Positions 9,650-19,486 are shown, counted from the first letter of the stretch. The stretch: DNA of 32,000 nt from an uncultured Methanoregulaceae archaeon (GCA_963841015.1 CAWJAX010000004.1:12040-44039); one strand, 5' to 3'. Translations and numbers: made by a program. Notes: generated by a model from the letters alone, not told the origin.

Positions 9650-9930
9650 ACCATCGGAAAAAACGAGCCTCATATTCTCGTTCTGGCTGGGTTTCTGAGG
9701 CCAGGATGGGATAAGTTAGGTGGCAAAGTTCTCCTCAATTTAATGGCCTTTGGCGACCTTTCAGTGAGGTGCAAATCTGCCGTATTTTGGCAAACAGAGC
9801 GAATATATGGCGTATTTTCCACAGGAACCGAAAAGGAGCATAATCCAGAGATTTCAGAATTTGTCCGGTATAAAAGACGGAAAAACGGAGCCCAATTTGG
9901 GCTTATTTCCCCATTGATACCATTATCCCT
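9650..9930. repeat. Dispersed repeat copy B
   Basis: GAGCCTCATATTCTCGTTCTGGCTGGGTTTCTGAGGCC...TTTGGCAAACAGAGCGAATAT...GGAGCCCAATTTGGGC; matches copies A and C. Confidence 0.8.
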
Positions 9931-9970
9931 CATAGCATCTTTTCCTGTCTCAACAATTCAGAATTAACAG

Positions 9971-10693
9971 CTAACCGTAAATCGTAATGATATAGTATAT
10001 CCCGACTACGATGAAAACCAAAGCAACCGCCCTCCGGATCCAGACCTCCGCTATTCCTATTCTCTGCACAGTTCCTTTGCACTTTCCTGCGCCTTTTACA
10101 AGAAGATATGAAATTAGAATGACCGGCAATCCTGTCGCAAGTGCGAACACCGCCGGGATGACCAGCGGATCCCCCGCACCAATCGCGAGCGGGATGAGCA
10201 TGGCAAAGAAGAGTACGGCGGAAAACGGACAGAAACTCAGCGCAAAGATAACCCCCAGCAGGAATGCCCCCAGGTATCCCTTGTCTGCAAGCCGTGCCGG
10301 TATCCCGGACGTGAACCCGGAGAACCAGTCTCCTCCGGGAAGCCGATCGAAATGGAAGATATCGAGAAGATAAATGCCGCACAAGACCAGGAACGGTCCG
10401 AGCAGAAGTTCCCCGTAATGCTGGAGTCCCAACGCCAGGGTCTGGAGATTCATCCCAAAGAATACAATAGCTGATGCGACTGCGATATACGCCGCCATCC
10501 TGCCGAGGGTGTACACGAACCCGGTGAGCAGGGTATGACGGCTGTTGTCAATCCTCTTCGAGATATAGGCAATGGCGGTGATATTGGTCGCAAGGGGGCA
10601 GGGGCTGATAGCGGTCATCAGCCCGAGGAAAAAAGCGGCAATAACAGGGACGGGGCTTTCCCCCATCGTCCCGAGAAATTGCAGGAGATCCAT
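9971..10693 (-). CDS. arsG: CcdA/DsbD-type permease, ArsG-like (aminobenzylarsenical efflux family)
   Basis: 240 aa; FFLGLMTAISPCPLATNITAIAYISKR, FALSFCPFSAVLFFAMLIPL; directly downstream of an ArsF-like gene. Confidence 0.75.
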   Translation of the reverse strand: MDLLQFLGTMGESPVPVIAAFFLGLMTAISPCPLATNITAIAYISKRIDNSRHTLLTGFVYTLGRMAAYIAVASAIVFFGMNLQTLALGLQHYGELLLGPFLVLCGIYLLDIFHFDRLPGGDWFSGFTSGIPARLADKGYLGAFLLGVIFALSFCPFSAVLFFAMLIPLAIGAGDPLVIPAVFALATGLPVILISYLLVKGAGKCKGTVQRIGIAEVWIRRAVALVFIVVGIYYIITIYG

Positions 10694-10694
10694 T

Positions 10695-11195
10695 TCAGGT
10701 GAGATCCCCGTTCAGGCGCCGTGAGATAACATTTGTGAGATATGCCTTGTATTTCTCTTTATCCCCGGTCAAGTACCAGACGTCCATATTCTGTTGCCGG
10801 TGAAAACCGTTGGTATCGTAAATTCCAAACCAGAGTGAGGACCCGGTCACACCATATTTTGCTGAAAGGACAGCGTTCTCCGGCAGATCATAGTTGACAT
10901 GCGCAAAGACAAGTCGGCCTGAAACAAGTTCGTCTTTGAAATTGGCATTCACTGTTTTTTCCGCGAGGTCCCCGACTGCGATGCAGGATGAACACTGGTT
11001 GTTGCCATGAAAGTGGTAGATCTCCACCCGTTCAACGGAGCTGTTGATACCCGTTGCTCCGGGTGGTGATGTGTACTGCTGATTGACGGCAGGTAATTTC
11101 GCAGGCGAAGTGCACCCGGCTGCTAAACCGCTAGCAACAATCAGGGCGATAAACAATACTACCAGGTAAATTCGTTGAAGGTCTGTCATAATCAC
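10695..11195 (-). CDS. arsF: ArsF-like lipoprotein with thioredoxin-like CxxC
   Basis: 166 aa; signal/lipobox (ASGLAAGCTS), VEIYHFHGNNQCSSCIAVGDLAEKTV; adjacent to ArsG-like permease. Confidence 0.7.
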   Translation of the reverse strand: MIMTDLQRIYLVVLFIALIVASGLAAGCTSPAKLPAVNQQYTSPPGATGINSSVERVEIYHFHGNNQCSSCIAVGDLAEKTVNANFKDELVSGRLVFAHVNYDLPENAVLSAKYGVTGSSLWFGIYDTNGFHRQQNMDVWYLTGDKEKYKAYLTNVISRRLNGDLT

Positions 11196-11467
11196 TCGTT
11201 ATCCGCAAGCAGCGAACGCATCACACCGGAAACTTCTGAAGACAGGTCGTCAGTTTGTATCAGCGAGAGGCAGCAGATAGTATCCTCCTTCATCCAGCTG
11301 ATAAGAGCAAGCTTGTCACCGTCTCTGATGTTCGCTTTTTTCCGGATCTCTTTGGGAAGCACAATCTGCCCCCGGTTATCCATTGAAAGTACTGCTTCGA
11401 CCTGGCACGCCAGATTGCTATCAGATGTACAAGATCTGTCTGAGCGGTTTGGGTTCATTTGGGTCAC
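11192..11467 (-). CDS. AbrB/MazE/SpoVT-type small protein (HgcC-like)
   Basis: 91 aa; VEAVLSMDNRGQIVLPKEIRKKANIRDGDKLALISW; overlaps both neighbours by 4 nt. Confidence 0.8.
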   Translation of the reverse strand: MTQMNPNRSDRSCTSDSNLACQVEAVLSMDNRGQIVLPKEIRKKANIRDGDKLALISWMKEDTICCLSLIQTDDLSSEVSGVMRSLLADNE

Positions 11468-11850
11468 GCACTCTCATAAGCGAACTTCTGTCCCTTCTCT
11501 GTAAGCCGGTAGATGATCCAGTTACCATGCTGTTCTCCTTCTATAAGATCAACTCTTTTAAGCCCCGTGAGATGGTACGAGAGTTTCGAATCTGCAATTC
11601 CAATACAGTCCTTGATAATGCAGACACAGAGCGGCTGGATGGCAAGCAGGTAGAGGATAGTCAACCGGACAGGATCGGAAAGTGCGTTATGTATCGCGCT
11701 CATCTCCATGATATTTTTTGGTTTCGGCAGGTGTCTGCACAGCCCATTCACCCCTCCGACTGCATCGAGATTACAGGGTACTGAAGCGGGTATATCTATC
11801 CTGTGCACGGCCTCCTTTTTGGATTTTACCGCTGGTCTTTTTATCATCAA
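11464..11850 (-). CDS. arsR: ArsR-family transcriptional repressor
   Basis: 128 aa; ALSDPVRLTILYLLAIQPLCVCIIKDCIGIADSKLSYHLTGLKRVDLIEGEQHGNWIIYRLT wHTH with CVC. Confidence 0.9.
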   Translation of the reverse strand: MMIKRPAVKSKKEAVHRIDIPASVPCNLDAVGGVNGLCRHLPKPKNIMEMSAIHNALSDPVRLTILYLLAIQPLCVCIIKDCIGIADSKLSYHLTGLKRVDLIEGEQHGNWIIYRLTEKGQKFAYESA

Positions 11851-11919
11851 AAAATCCCCCGGCTATTTCAAACAAACATGAAATGCGTAGCTATAAATAT
11901 CTTGCCCGACAATTTTGGA

Positions 11920-11935
11920 TTCAATTAAATTTGAA
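11920..11935. promoter_or_regulatory. Candidate ArsR operator 1: TTCAATTAAATTTGAA
   Basis: Inverted repeat TTCAA-N6-TTGAA upstream of the ArsR gene; 14/16 match to each of the two sites at the second ArsR promoter. Confidence 0.55.
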
Positions 11936-12117
11936 ATTTCCTGAATGAGGATGACGAATAGTGGCTCTCTGTGAAGGATGCGTTGGGTGGGGCGAGGATC
12001 CCCCGGCTCTTTTTTTGAAACGGCAATAATTTTGGAAATATTTCGCTTAAGATACAGAATTGGAAATCTATCTTTCAAAATCACGATGATATCGGATTAA
12101 CAAAGAGGAAAATATCC

Positions 12118-14789
12118 ATGGATAAAAACGATCTTAAACCGGCGATTGAGACAGTCACGCTCCAGATTGGTGGAATGGACTGTACCTGCAACGCCGATCT
12201 GCTAGCCAGAAAACTGGATGCTCTCACCGGCATCCGTAGCCACGAGATTACGCCGGTTACCGGCCAGGCCCGGGTCAGCTACGATCCCGAGGTTATCAGC
12301 GTCCAGGAAATCATAAGGACCGTCGCGGAGGCGGGGATGACAGCCTCACAGATCCGCAGCGAGGGACGGACGAGCACCTGGTGGCGGGAGCCACAGCAGC
12401 TGGCACTCTATGGTTGCGGGATTATCGCCCTCATCGCGTTCATCTCGGGCTACTCCGGTGCTCCGATCCTTGTCACCAATGGGCTCTACCTGCTCGCCGT
12501 CATTGTCGGGGTCTACTACCCGGCACGGAAGGCGCTGATCGCACTTCGCGCCATGACGCCAACGATCCACCTGCTCATGCTGATCGGCTCGGTCGGCGCG
12601 ATGGCACTCGGACTCTGGGGCGAAGCTGCTGTCCTGATCTTCGTCTACTCGCTCGGCGACGTCCTCGAGTCCTATGCCGTGGACAAGGCCCGCGGTGCGA
12701 TCCGGTCGCTCATGGAGCTGATGCCGAAAGAGGCGCTGGTCAGAAGAAACGGTTGCGAGTCTGTCTGTGCGGTTGAGTCGATCGGTGTCGGCGAGGTTGT
12801 CATCGTTCGTCCGGGCGAGCGGATCCCAGTCGATGGCACCGTTGTCGCAGGGTCGTCTTACGTAAATCAGGCTGCAGTTACCGGAGAGCCCGTGCCGGTA
12901 CGGTGCGAACCCGGCTCTGATGTTTTCGCCGGGACGATCAACCAGAACGGGTCTCTCGAGGTCCGGGTCACCAAGCCGGCGTCCGAGACGATGCTCTCGC
13001 GGATCATCCTCTCGGTTGAGGAGGCACAAGCACAGCGGACCTCGTACCAGCGGTTCTCGGACTCCTTCGGAAAATGGTATACGCCGGCAATGTTCGTCCT
13101 CGGCATACTCGTCGCCACCGTACCGCCGCTCTTCTTCGGCGCCGAATGGTACCCGTTCATCTACCGTGGGCTCGTTGTCTTCGTGGTCTCGTGTTCATGC
13201 GGTCTCGCCCTCTCGGTCCCCGTCGCAGTGGTGGGAGCGATGGCAAACGCAGCAAAGCAGGGAACGGTCTTCAAAGGCGGGGTCTATCTCGAGACGGTCG
13301 ATAAGGTGAAGGTGATCGCTTTTGACAAGACCGGGACCCTTACCATCGGCCGTCCTGCGGTTACGGATGTTGTAACTTTCGGTGATCTCCGGGAGGATGA
13401 ACTGCTCGACCTTGCCGGATGCATCGAGTCCAGATCCGGCCACCCGTTGGCAGCCGCAATCGTCCGGAAGGCTAAAGAAAGCGGTAAGTTCTCAGCCAGA
13501 CCTGCCTGAGAACTTCGATGAGATTGCAGGACGTGGGGTCTCGGCCACTATCGATGGACAGGCCTTCCGGATCGGCAGCCCCAGTGCCCTGCTCGAACAG
13601 GGTGTTGATACCCGCCGGGCTGAAGAAGACATTGTCCGGCTTGAGAACGAAGGCCGGACCGTTGTCCTGGTCAGTCGCGACGGTTCGCTCGCCGGACTTA
13701 TCGCGATTGCCGATGAAGTGCGGGCCGGTGCAGTCGAGGCCCTGCAACGCCTCTCCCGTGCCGGTGTCCGGACCATCATGCTGACCGGTGACAATGAGCG
13801 GAGTGCGCAGGCTATCGCACACCGTATCGGCGTTGACGAGTACCGGGCCCATCTCCTGCCAACTGACAAGGTCGACGTTGTGCGGCAGCTCAGGAAACAG
13901 TACCGGACCGGTCGCCATGGTTGGCGATGGGATCAATGACGCACCGGCCATGGCCGTTGCGGATGTCGGTATCGCCATGGGTGCGGCAGGCACGGATATC
14001 GCGATCGAAGCCGGGGACATTGTCCTGATGTCCGACGACCTCGGAAAGATCGCGTACGTCCGGGAGCTCTCCCACCGGACCGTTTCCACGATCCGGCAGA
14101 ACATCGCTGTCTCATTGATCAACGTCGCGTTCATGGTTATCGCAGCCCTCCTTGGTTACCTCGGTCTGGTCACGGGCTTGCTCCTCAACGAGGCGAGCGC
14201 TGTCTTTGTGATCCTGAACGCCCTGCGGTTGCTGAAATGGAAGAGCCCGGCAGATACCGGGAAACCGGTGGTTACGGGAGTAACTGTCACCGCTCAAGGC
14301 AAACCGAAACGGTTCCGATGGAAACGCTGGCGTCACCCGCGAATGGGGGAACCTGCTGTTCCTGCACGGAGACAACCCCGGTTGTGTCAAAGTCAATCCC
14401 AGAAACCACTAGTGCGGTAGAATCCTGTTGTTCCTGCACAGCCTCACTCGCTGAAGCACCGGCCCCGGTTGCAGAGGTTGCAAAAAGTTCCTGTTGCTGT
14501 TCCAGTGAGGCACAACCGACCGGAGCATCCGCTCCTGTTCCTAAGACCAACAATGCGAATGAACCGGGGGCATTGGAGATTGCAAAGTTCCGGATCGAAG
14601 GGCTTGGTTGTTCCTGTGAAGGCCAGATCGTTGAGAAGCAGGTAAAATCTCTTCGTGGGATTGTCAGCTTTCGGTCTGAACCCCATCACCAACAAAATGA
14701 AGGTCAGTTACGATCCCTCGATAGTTTCTATCCAGGATATTGAAGCAGCGGTGACAAAAGCGGGTGTAACTGCCATACCCTTGAAGTAA
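12118..14789 (+). CDS. Heavy-metal P-type ATPase with N- and C-terminal HMA-like domains and Cys-rich tail; about 4 apparent frameshifts
   Basis: [24 protein letters not shown] in TM, DKTGTLT at the end of ORF 12118-13509; continues in 13382-13939 (IMLTGDN), 13788-14420 ([12 protein letters not shown]), 14237-14743 (CCSC tail) and frame 0 to the stop at 14789 ([36 protein letters not shown]). Confidence 0.85.
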
Positions 14790-14972
14790 AAATGACGTAT
14801 CAAAAACATGGGCAGGGAATCATCTGGCCAGATACTTGTAGACTGATGTATTATTCCATATATTTTTAGTATAAAAAACCTGATGAAAAACTCAATCACT
14901 TTTTACGTTGATTTTCGTCAAATTACACGTCTAAAACAGTTATTAATCAGGATTATTGAGCATATCCTGACG

Positions 14973-15371
14973 TTACTTCTCCAGACGTTCTGTGCACTTC
15001 AGCGCCTGGCGCCCATTATCAGTGATGGAATAGATGATCCAGTTTCCCTGTTGTTCACCGACAATGAAGTCCTGTTCTTTAAGGATGCTGAGGTGATAGG
15101 ATAGTTTTGAGTCTGCAATTTTAACGACCTCTTTAATGACACAGACACAAAGCGGCTGGGAAAGAAGGGAGTACATAACGGTGAGCCGGATAGGGTCCGC
15201 AAGTGCCTGGTGGAGCCGGCTGCTTGCATGAAGTGCAGATGCATCTGGTATCCGGGCAAGAAGTCCTTCCATCCCTCCTTTTTTTTCGAGTTCTTTTTGT
15301 ATAGTCTCCGGGAGATCTTTGGAAAATTCGCAGCATTTTTCCTTCATGGAAGGCGTCCGTTTCCGTGCCAT
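14973..15371 (-). CDS. arsR: ArsR-family transcriptional repressor
   Basis: 132 aa; HQALADPIRLTVMYSLLSQPLCVCVIKEVVKIADSKLSYHLSILKEQDFIVGEQQGNWIIY; alternative start at 15347. Confidence 0.9.
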   Translation of the reverse strand: MARKRTPSMKEKCCEFSKDLPETIQKELEKKGGMEGLLARIPDASALHASSRLHQALADPIRLTVMYSLLSQPLCVCVIKEVVKIADSKLSYHLSILKEQDFIVGEQQGNWIIYSITDNGRQALKCTERLEK

Positions 15372-15377
15372 GGCAGA

Positions 15378-15393
15378 TTCAAATTTATATGAA
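15378..15393. promoter_or_regulatory. Candidate ArsR operator 2: TTCAAATTTATATGAA (reverse TTCATATAAATTTGAA)
   Basis: 14/16 identical (minus strand) to the 11920 site; immediately upstream of the ArsR start. Confidence 0.55.
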
Positions 15394-15430
15394 ATAACAA
15401 ACTATATATGTTTTCCATAACAATGATGTT

Positions 15431-15446
15431 TCAAGAAAATTTGAAA
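15431..15446. promoter_or_regulatory. Candidate ArsR operator 3: TTCAAGAAAATTTGAA
   Basis: 14/16 identical to the 11920 site; upstream of the permease-led operon and downstream of a TATATAT element at about 15403. Confidence 0.55.
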
Positions 15447-15503
15447 TCTTTGCTGCACATGCAGCGGGAACACGATTCAACAGATTGCATACCCCAATGA
15501 GAG

Positions 15504-16586
15504 GTGAATAATCACATGACAGATCCCATAACCGGCTCACTCCTGCTGGGGTGGACAACGCTGCTTGAGTACCTCTCGCAGCATGTCGTCACCTGCCTGA
15601 TCCCGGCGTTCTTTATTGCCGGTGCTATCGCATCTTTTATCAAAAAAGAAGCGATCCTGAAATACTTCAGCCCGGAAACGAAGAAGACCACTTCCTACGG
15701 GATTGCTTCGGTGTCAGGTACCGTGCTTGCTGTTTGCAGCTGTACGATTCTCCCGATGTTTGCCGGAATTCTCAAGAAAGGAAGCGGGCTTGGCCCGGCA
15801 ATCACATTCCTGTACGCGGGACCTGCGATCAATATCCTTGCCATAGTCTATACCGCAAAAGTGCTCGGGTTCGATCTCGGTATCGCCCGGGCAGTATCAG
15901 CAATCGTACTCTCGATTGTAATCGGTCTGATCATGATGAAACTGTTTCCACAGCATGACGTGGATACCACAAAAACGTTTGGCGCCGCCCGGAAAGCGGC
16001 TATCGCATGTGCGGACACCCGGCCCAATTGGGTCATTCCGGCATTCTTTATCTTCCTGATCGCGATCCTTTTGATCGGTACGTCAGCGCTGGATGTTTTC
16101 CTCAGGCTCCTGATCGTGTACTTCCTCTCCATGGCTGTTGCCTTCCTGTTGATCTACTATTTCACCCGTGAAGAAGTCACTGACTGGGGATATGAGATCT
16201 GGGACCTGACCAAGAAGATTTTCCCCATCCTGGTCATCGGTACATTCGCCCTTGGGGTCCTTGCATTCTTCATCCCCCCGGAGACGTTCAAGCCGTTCTT
16301 CGGTACCAACTCGCTGCTGGCCAACTTCCTCGCAGCCTTAGTCGGAGCAATTCTCTATATGCCCACCTTGCTTGAAGTGCCGGTCATCGGCACAACACTA
16401 GGCTATCTCTCTGGTGACATGGCAAAAGGCCCGGCTCTCTCCCTGCTCCTCACCGGCCCGAGTATCAGCCTGCCGAGCCTTCTGGTGCTGTACCGGATTA
16501 TTGGCGGAAAGAAGACCCTTGCATATGCCGGCCTGGTTGTTGGGTTTTCGACAATGGCCGGTTTCATATTCGGGAATTTTTTCTGA
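15504..16586 (+). CDS. ArsP/DUF318-type permease
   Basis: 360 aa; SGTVLAVCSCTILPMFAGILKKGSGLGPAITFLYAGPAINILAI and a second half-repeat LLLTGPSISLPSLLVLYRIIG. Confidence 0.9.
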   Translation: MNNHMTDPITGSLLLGWTTLLEYLSQHVVTCLIPAFFIAGAIASFIKKEAILKYFSPETKKTTSYGIASVSGTVLAVCSCTILPMFAGILKKGSGLGPAITFLYAGPAINILAIVYTAKVLGFDLGIARAVSAIVLSIVIGLIMMKLFPQHDVDTTKTFGAARKAAIACADTRPNWVIPAFFIFLIAILLIGTSALDVFLRLLIVYFLSMAVAFLLIYYFTREEVTDWGYEIWDLTKKIFPILVIGTFALGVLAFFIPPETFKPFFGTNSLLANFLAALVGAILYMPTLLEVPVIGTTLGYLSGDMAKGPALSLLLTGPSISLPSLLVLYRIIGGKKTLAYAGLVVGFSTMAGFIFGNFF

Positions 16587-16598
16587 GGTGAAGAACAT

Positions 16599-16859
16599 AT
16601 GAGCGATGATAAACCCTGCTGTGCCGCTGACGCGCTCCGGCGCATACGGCAGGTGAAGATTAACGGGATCCTGACGGGTATCACACTGCTCGATGAGAGC
16701 ATTGCAGAAATACGAACGCAGAACTATGGGAGCGAACCGGAGATCCGTGTCGCTCTCCTGAAGAAGATCCGGATCTACAATTACGTTCCCAAAAGCGTTG
16801 AAGATGAATATGCAAGGATCCTGATGGAAGAATATAAAAAAGCCCTCGCAAAAAACTAA
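16599..16859 (+). CDS. 86-aa conserved protein of unknown function
   Basis: MSDDKPCCAADALRRIRQVKINGILTGITLLDESIAEI...YEYARILMEEYKKAL-like; 12 nt after the permease stop. Confidence 0.75.
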   Translation: MSDDKPCCAADALRRIRQVKINGILTGITLLDESIAEIRTQNYGSEPEIRVALLKKIRIYNYVPKSVEDEYARILMEEYKKALAKN

Positions 16860-16892
16860 TACAAAAAAATTTGAATAACTTCTGGAGATACC

Positions 16893-17129
16893 ATGACAAA
16901 AATCGAAATTCTCGGAACCGGGTGCGCCAAGTGCAAACGGCTCTTTGCCAATGCCGAGCAGGCAGTAAAGGACCTGAAGATTACGGCAGACGTGGTCAAG
17001 GTTGAGGACCTGGATGCGATTGTCGAGGCGGGTGTCATGCTGACACCTGCACTCTTCATCAATGGCGAACTGCGGGCTGAAGGCCGGGTTCCCTGTGTGG
17101 AAGAAATCATAGCAATGCTTAAGGAGTGA
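16893..17129 (+). CDS. Thioredoxin-family protein (redox-active disulfide protein type)
   Basis: 78 aa; IEILGTGCAKCKRLFANAEQAVKDL...TPALFINGEL. Confidence 0.9.
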   Translation: MTKIEILGTGCAKCKRLFANAEQAVKDLKITADVVKVEDLDAIVEAGVMLTPALFINGELRAEGRVPCVEEIIAMLKE

Positions 17130-17599
17130 AAAGAGTGGCAGAAACACCAACATGTTCATGTGGACAAAACGAACCGAAACGGATAATCTTTCCCTGTGCC
17201 GGGCAGGCTAACACCGGGCAGCTTACGAACCTTGCAGCTATTCAGCTGACGGAAGAAGGCTACGGGAGTATTGCCTGTGCTTCGCTGCTAGCAATCGGTT
17301 CTGAAGGTCTGGTTAAGAATGCAAAGGATGTCGATGAAGTTCTCGTCCTCGACGGCTGCCCTATGATGTGCGGCAAGAAGATTGCAGAGGCGCAGGGTGT
17401 GCCGGTGGGACAACACCTTGTCATGACTGAACTCGGTATCACCAAAGGGCCGTCGAAATCCTATACCGAAGCTGACGTCGAGAAGATCGTTGCTGCGTGC
17501 TGGAAGGGAGAAGGCCGGAAGAAGGATGCAGCAAAACCGGGAAAAAAGAGCGGTGGAAACGACAGCGGGTGCGGCTGCGGGTGTGGCGGGACCTGCTGA
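17126..17599 (+). CDS. DGC-domain putative zinc-binding protein with CGCGC tail
   Basis: 157 aa; VLVLDGCPMMCGKKIAEAQG plus C-terminal SGCGCGCGGTC; GTGA overlap with thioredoxin gene. Confidence 0.8.
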   Translation: MKRVAETPTCSCGQNEPKRIIFPCAGQANTGQLTNLAAIQLTEEGYGSIACASLLAIGSEGLVKNAKDVDEVLVLDGCPMMCGKKIAEAQGVPVGQHLVMTELGITKGPSKSYTEADVEKIVAACWKGEGRKKDAAKPGKKSGGNDSGCGCGCGGTC

Positions 17600-17624
17600 T
17601 TGCGGATAGTGAGCACCGGGGCGG

Positions 17625-17929
17625 ATGGAAACGACCGAAGAAGACGAGATGCGTACCTGGGCTGAAGAGTACGCAAAAAAGAATGGCTGGGTGCTGAACC
17701 CGGATAAGAAGATACTGGATACCGTCATCCGGGGGCTGGTCCGCAATAAGAAGAAATTCGGAGAGCAGTACTGCCCGTGCCGGCTCGGTCCGGGGACAAG
17801 GAGAAGGACCGGACGATCATCTGCCCATGCATCTACCATAAAGACGAGATCGCACAGGACGAGCACTGCCACTGCCAGCTCTACTATCGGAAGAATGACG
17901 CCGAGCAGATGAAACGGGAGAAGAAGTGA
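17625..17929 (+). CDS. Ferredoxin:thioredoxin reductase catalytic-subunit-like protein, one frameshift
   Basis: KNGWVLNPDKKILDTVIRGLVRNKKKFGEQYCPCR, then in another frame DKEKDRTIICPCIYHKDEIAQDEHCHCQLYYRKND*; CPC/CPC/CHC arrangement of FTR. Confidence 0.85.
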
Positions 17930-17945
17930 CCTGAGGTCAATCCGT

Positions 17946-18356
17946 ATGATACCACCACGATACAAGCGTCTGGAGATTGAATGGAAACATTTCGCGGTTG
18001 GCGATGCAACCTGTGAGCGATGCGGGAATACCGGTGAAGCGCTCAAAGAGACTGTCGAAGAACTAAAGCGTGAGTTTGCTCCTGCAGGAGTGAAGATCAA
18101 CCTGACCGAGACGCTCCTTGACAAAACACGCATAGCGGAGTCAAACGAGATCCGGATGAACGGGATGTTGATCGAAGACCTGCTCGCTGCCGGGGTTGTT
18201 TCGACCGACTGTCCTTCCTGTGGTACACTTGCGGGGGAGAGTACCTGCTGCCGGGCGATAGAGATTGACAATGAACGATTCGAGGATATACCGGCAGAAA
18301 TGATCAAGAAAGCAGTGTACCTCGCATTGAGCATGAGCACCCCTTCTAAAAAGTGA
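17946..18356 (+). CDS. DUF2703-like protein (thioredoxin-like, Cys-rich)
   Basis: 136 aa; [50 protein letters not shown]...[10 protein letters not shown]. Confidence 0.8.
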   Translation: MIPPRYKRLEIEWKHFAVGDATCERCGNTGEALKETVEELKREFAPAGVKINLTETLLDKTRIAESNEIRMNGMLIEDLLAAGVVSTDCPSCGTLAGESTCCRAIEIDNERFEDIPAEMIKKAVYLALSMSTPSKK

Positions 18357-18393
18357 ACTAACTATTGAAGAAAAAAGGCATCCAGGATTACGT

Positions 18394-19470
18394 ATGACAA
18401 CGACAAAACAACTCTCCTTCCTTGACCGCTACCTGACCCTCTGGATTTTCCTTGCGATGGCTGTCGGTATCGGTATTGGGTACTTTTTACCTGCGGTACC
18501 GCTCGTGATTACGGGCCTTTCGGTCGGGACAACGTCGATTCCGATTGCCATCGGGCTCATCCTGATGATGTACCCGCCGCTCGCTAAGGTGAAGTACGAG
18601 GAGCTTGGGAAAGTGTTCCAGGATCGGAAGGTGCTGGGCTTATCGCTCGTCCAGAACTGGATTGTCGGACCGGTACTGATGTTTGTCCTTGCCGTCATCT
18701 TCCTCCGCGACCAGCCAATGTTCATGTATGGCCTGATCCTCGTCGGCATTGCCCGCTGTATCGCGATGGTTATTGTCTGGAATGATCTCGCTGAAGGCGA
18801 CTGTGAGTACTGTGCTGCTATTGTGGGCCTGAACTCGGTTTTCCAGGTCTTTTTCTACTCGGTCTATGCATGGTTCTTCATCACCTACCTGCCCCCGCTG
18901 CTTGGCATTGGGACGGGTTCTGAGGTCTCGATCACGATGCTCCAGATTGCCGAGAGTGTCTTCATCTATCTCGGCATCCCGTTCATTGCCGGCATTGTCA
19001 CGCGTTATATCCTGATCCGCGTGAAATCAAAGGCGTGGTACGAACAGGTATTCATCCCGAAGATCTCCCCGATTACGCTGATTGCCCTGCTCTTTACGAT
19101 CATCGTGATGTTCTCCCTGAAAGGGGAGTATATTGTCAACGTCCCCCTTGCTGTCGTCCAGGTTGCAATCCCGCTGCTCTTCTACTTCGTCATCATGTTC
19201 TTTGCGAGCTTCTGGATGTCCTGGCGTCTCGGTGTTGATTACCCTAAGTCGGCATCGCTCTCATTCACGGCGGCATCCAATAACTTCGAGCTTGCAATTG
19301 CAGTTGCCATTGCTGTCTTTGGCATTGCATCACCAGCGGCATTCGCCACGGTGATCGGGCCGCTTGTCGAAGTGCCCGTTCTGATTTCACTCGTGAATGT
19401 CTCGTTCTGGCTTAAGAAGAGATGGTATGGCGGGAAGAGTGATGATACGTGCAGCCCTTCGTTACGGTGA
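18394..19470 (+). CDS. acr3: Acr3-family arsenite efflux transporter
   Basis: 358 aa; [50 protein letters not shown]. Confidence 0.97.
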   Translation: MTTTKQLSFLDRYLTLWIFLAMAVGIGIGYFLPAVPLVITGLSVGTTSIPIAIGLILMMYPPLAKVKYEELGKVFQDRKVLGLSLVQNWIVGPVLMFVLAVIFLRDQPMFMYGLILVGIARCIAMVIVWNDLAEGDCEYCAAIVGLNSVFQVFFYSVYAWFFITYLPPLLGIGTGSEVSITMLQIAESVFIYLGIPFIAGIVTRYILIRVKSKAWYEQVFIPKISPITLIALLFTIIVMFSLKGEYIVNVPLAVVQVAIPLLFYFVIMFFASFWMSWRLGVDYPKSASLSFTAASNNFELAIAVAIAVFGIASPAAFATVIGPLVEVPVLISLVNVSFWLKKRWYGGKSDDTCSPSLR

Positions 19471-19486
19471 AAAAACAGGTGGTCTG

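Noticed and set aside
9887-9900. CCCAATTTGGG palindrome as an independent operator
   Set aside because: It is part of the conserved right end of repeat copy B; no evidence for separate regulatory function.
17288-18340. 350-aa ORF on the minus strand
   Set aside because: Runs antisense across DGC, FTR-like and DUF2703 genes; composition is that of an antisense shadow and it has no recognisable domain.
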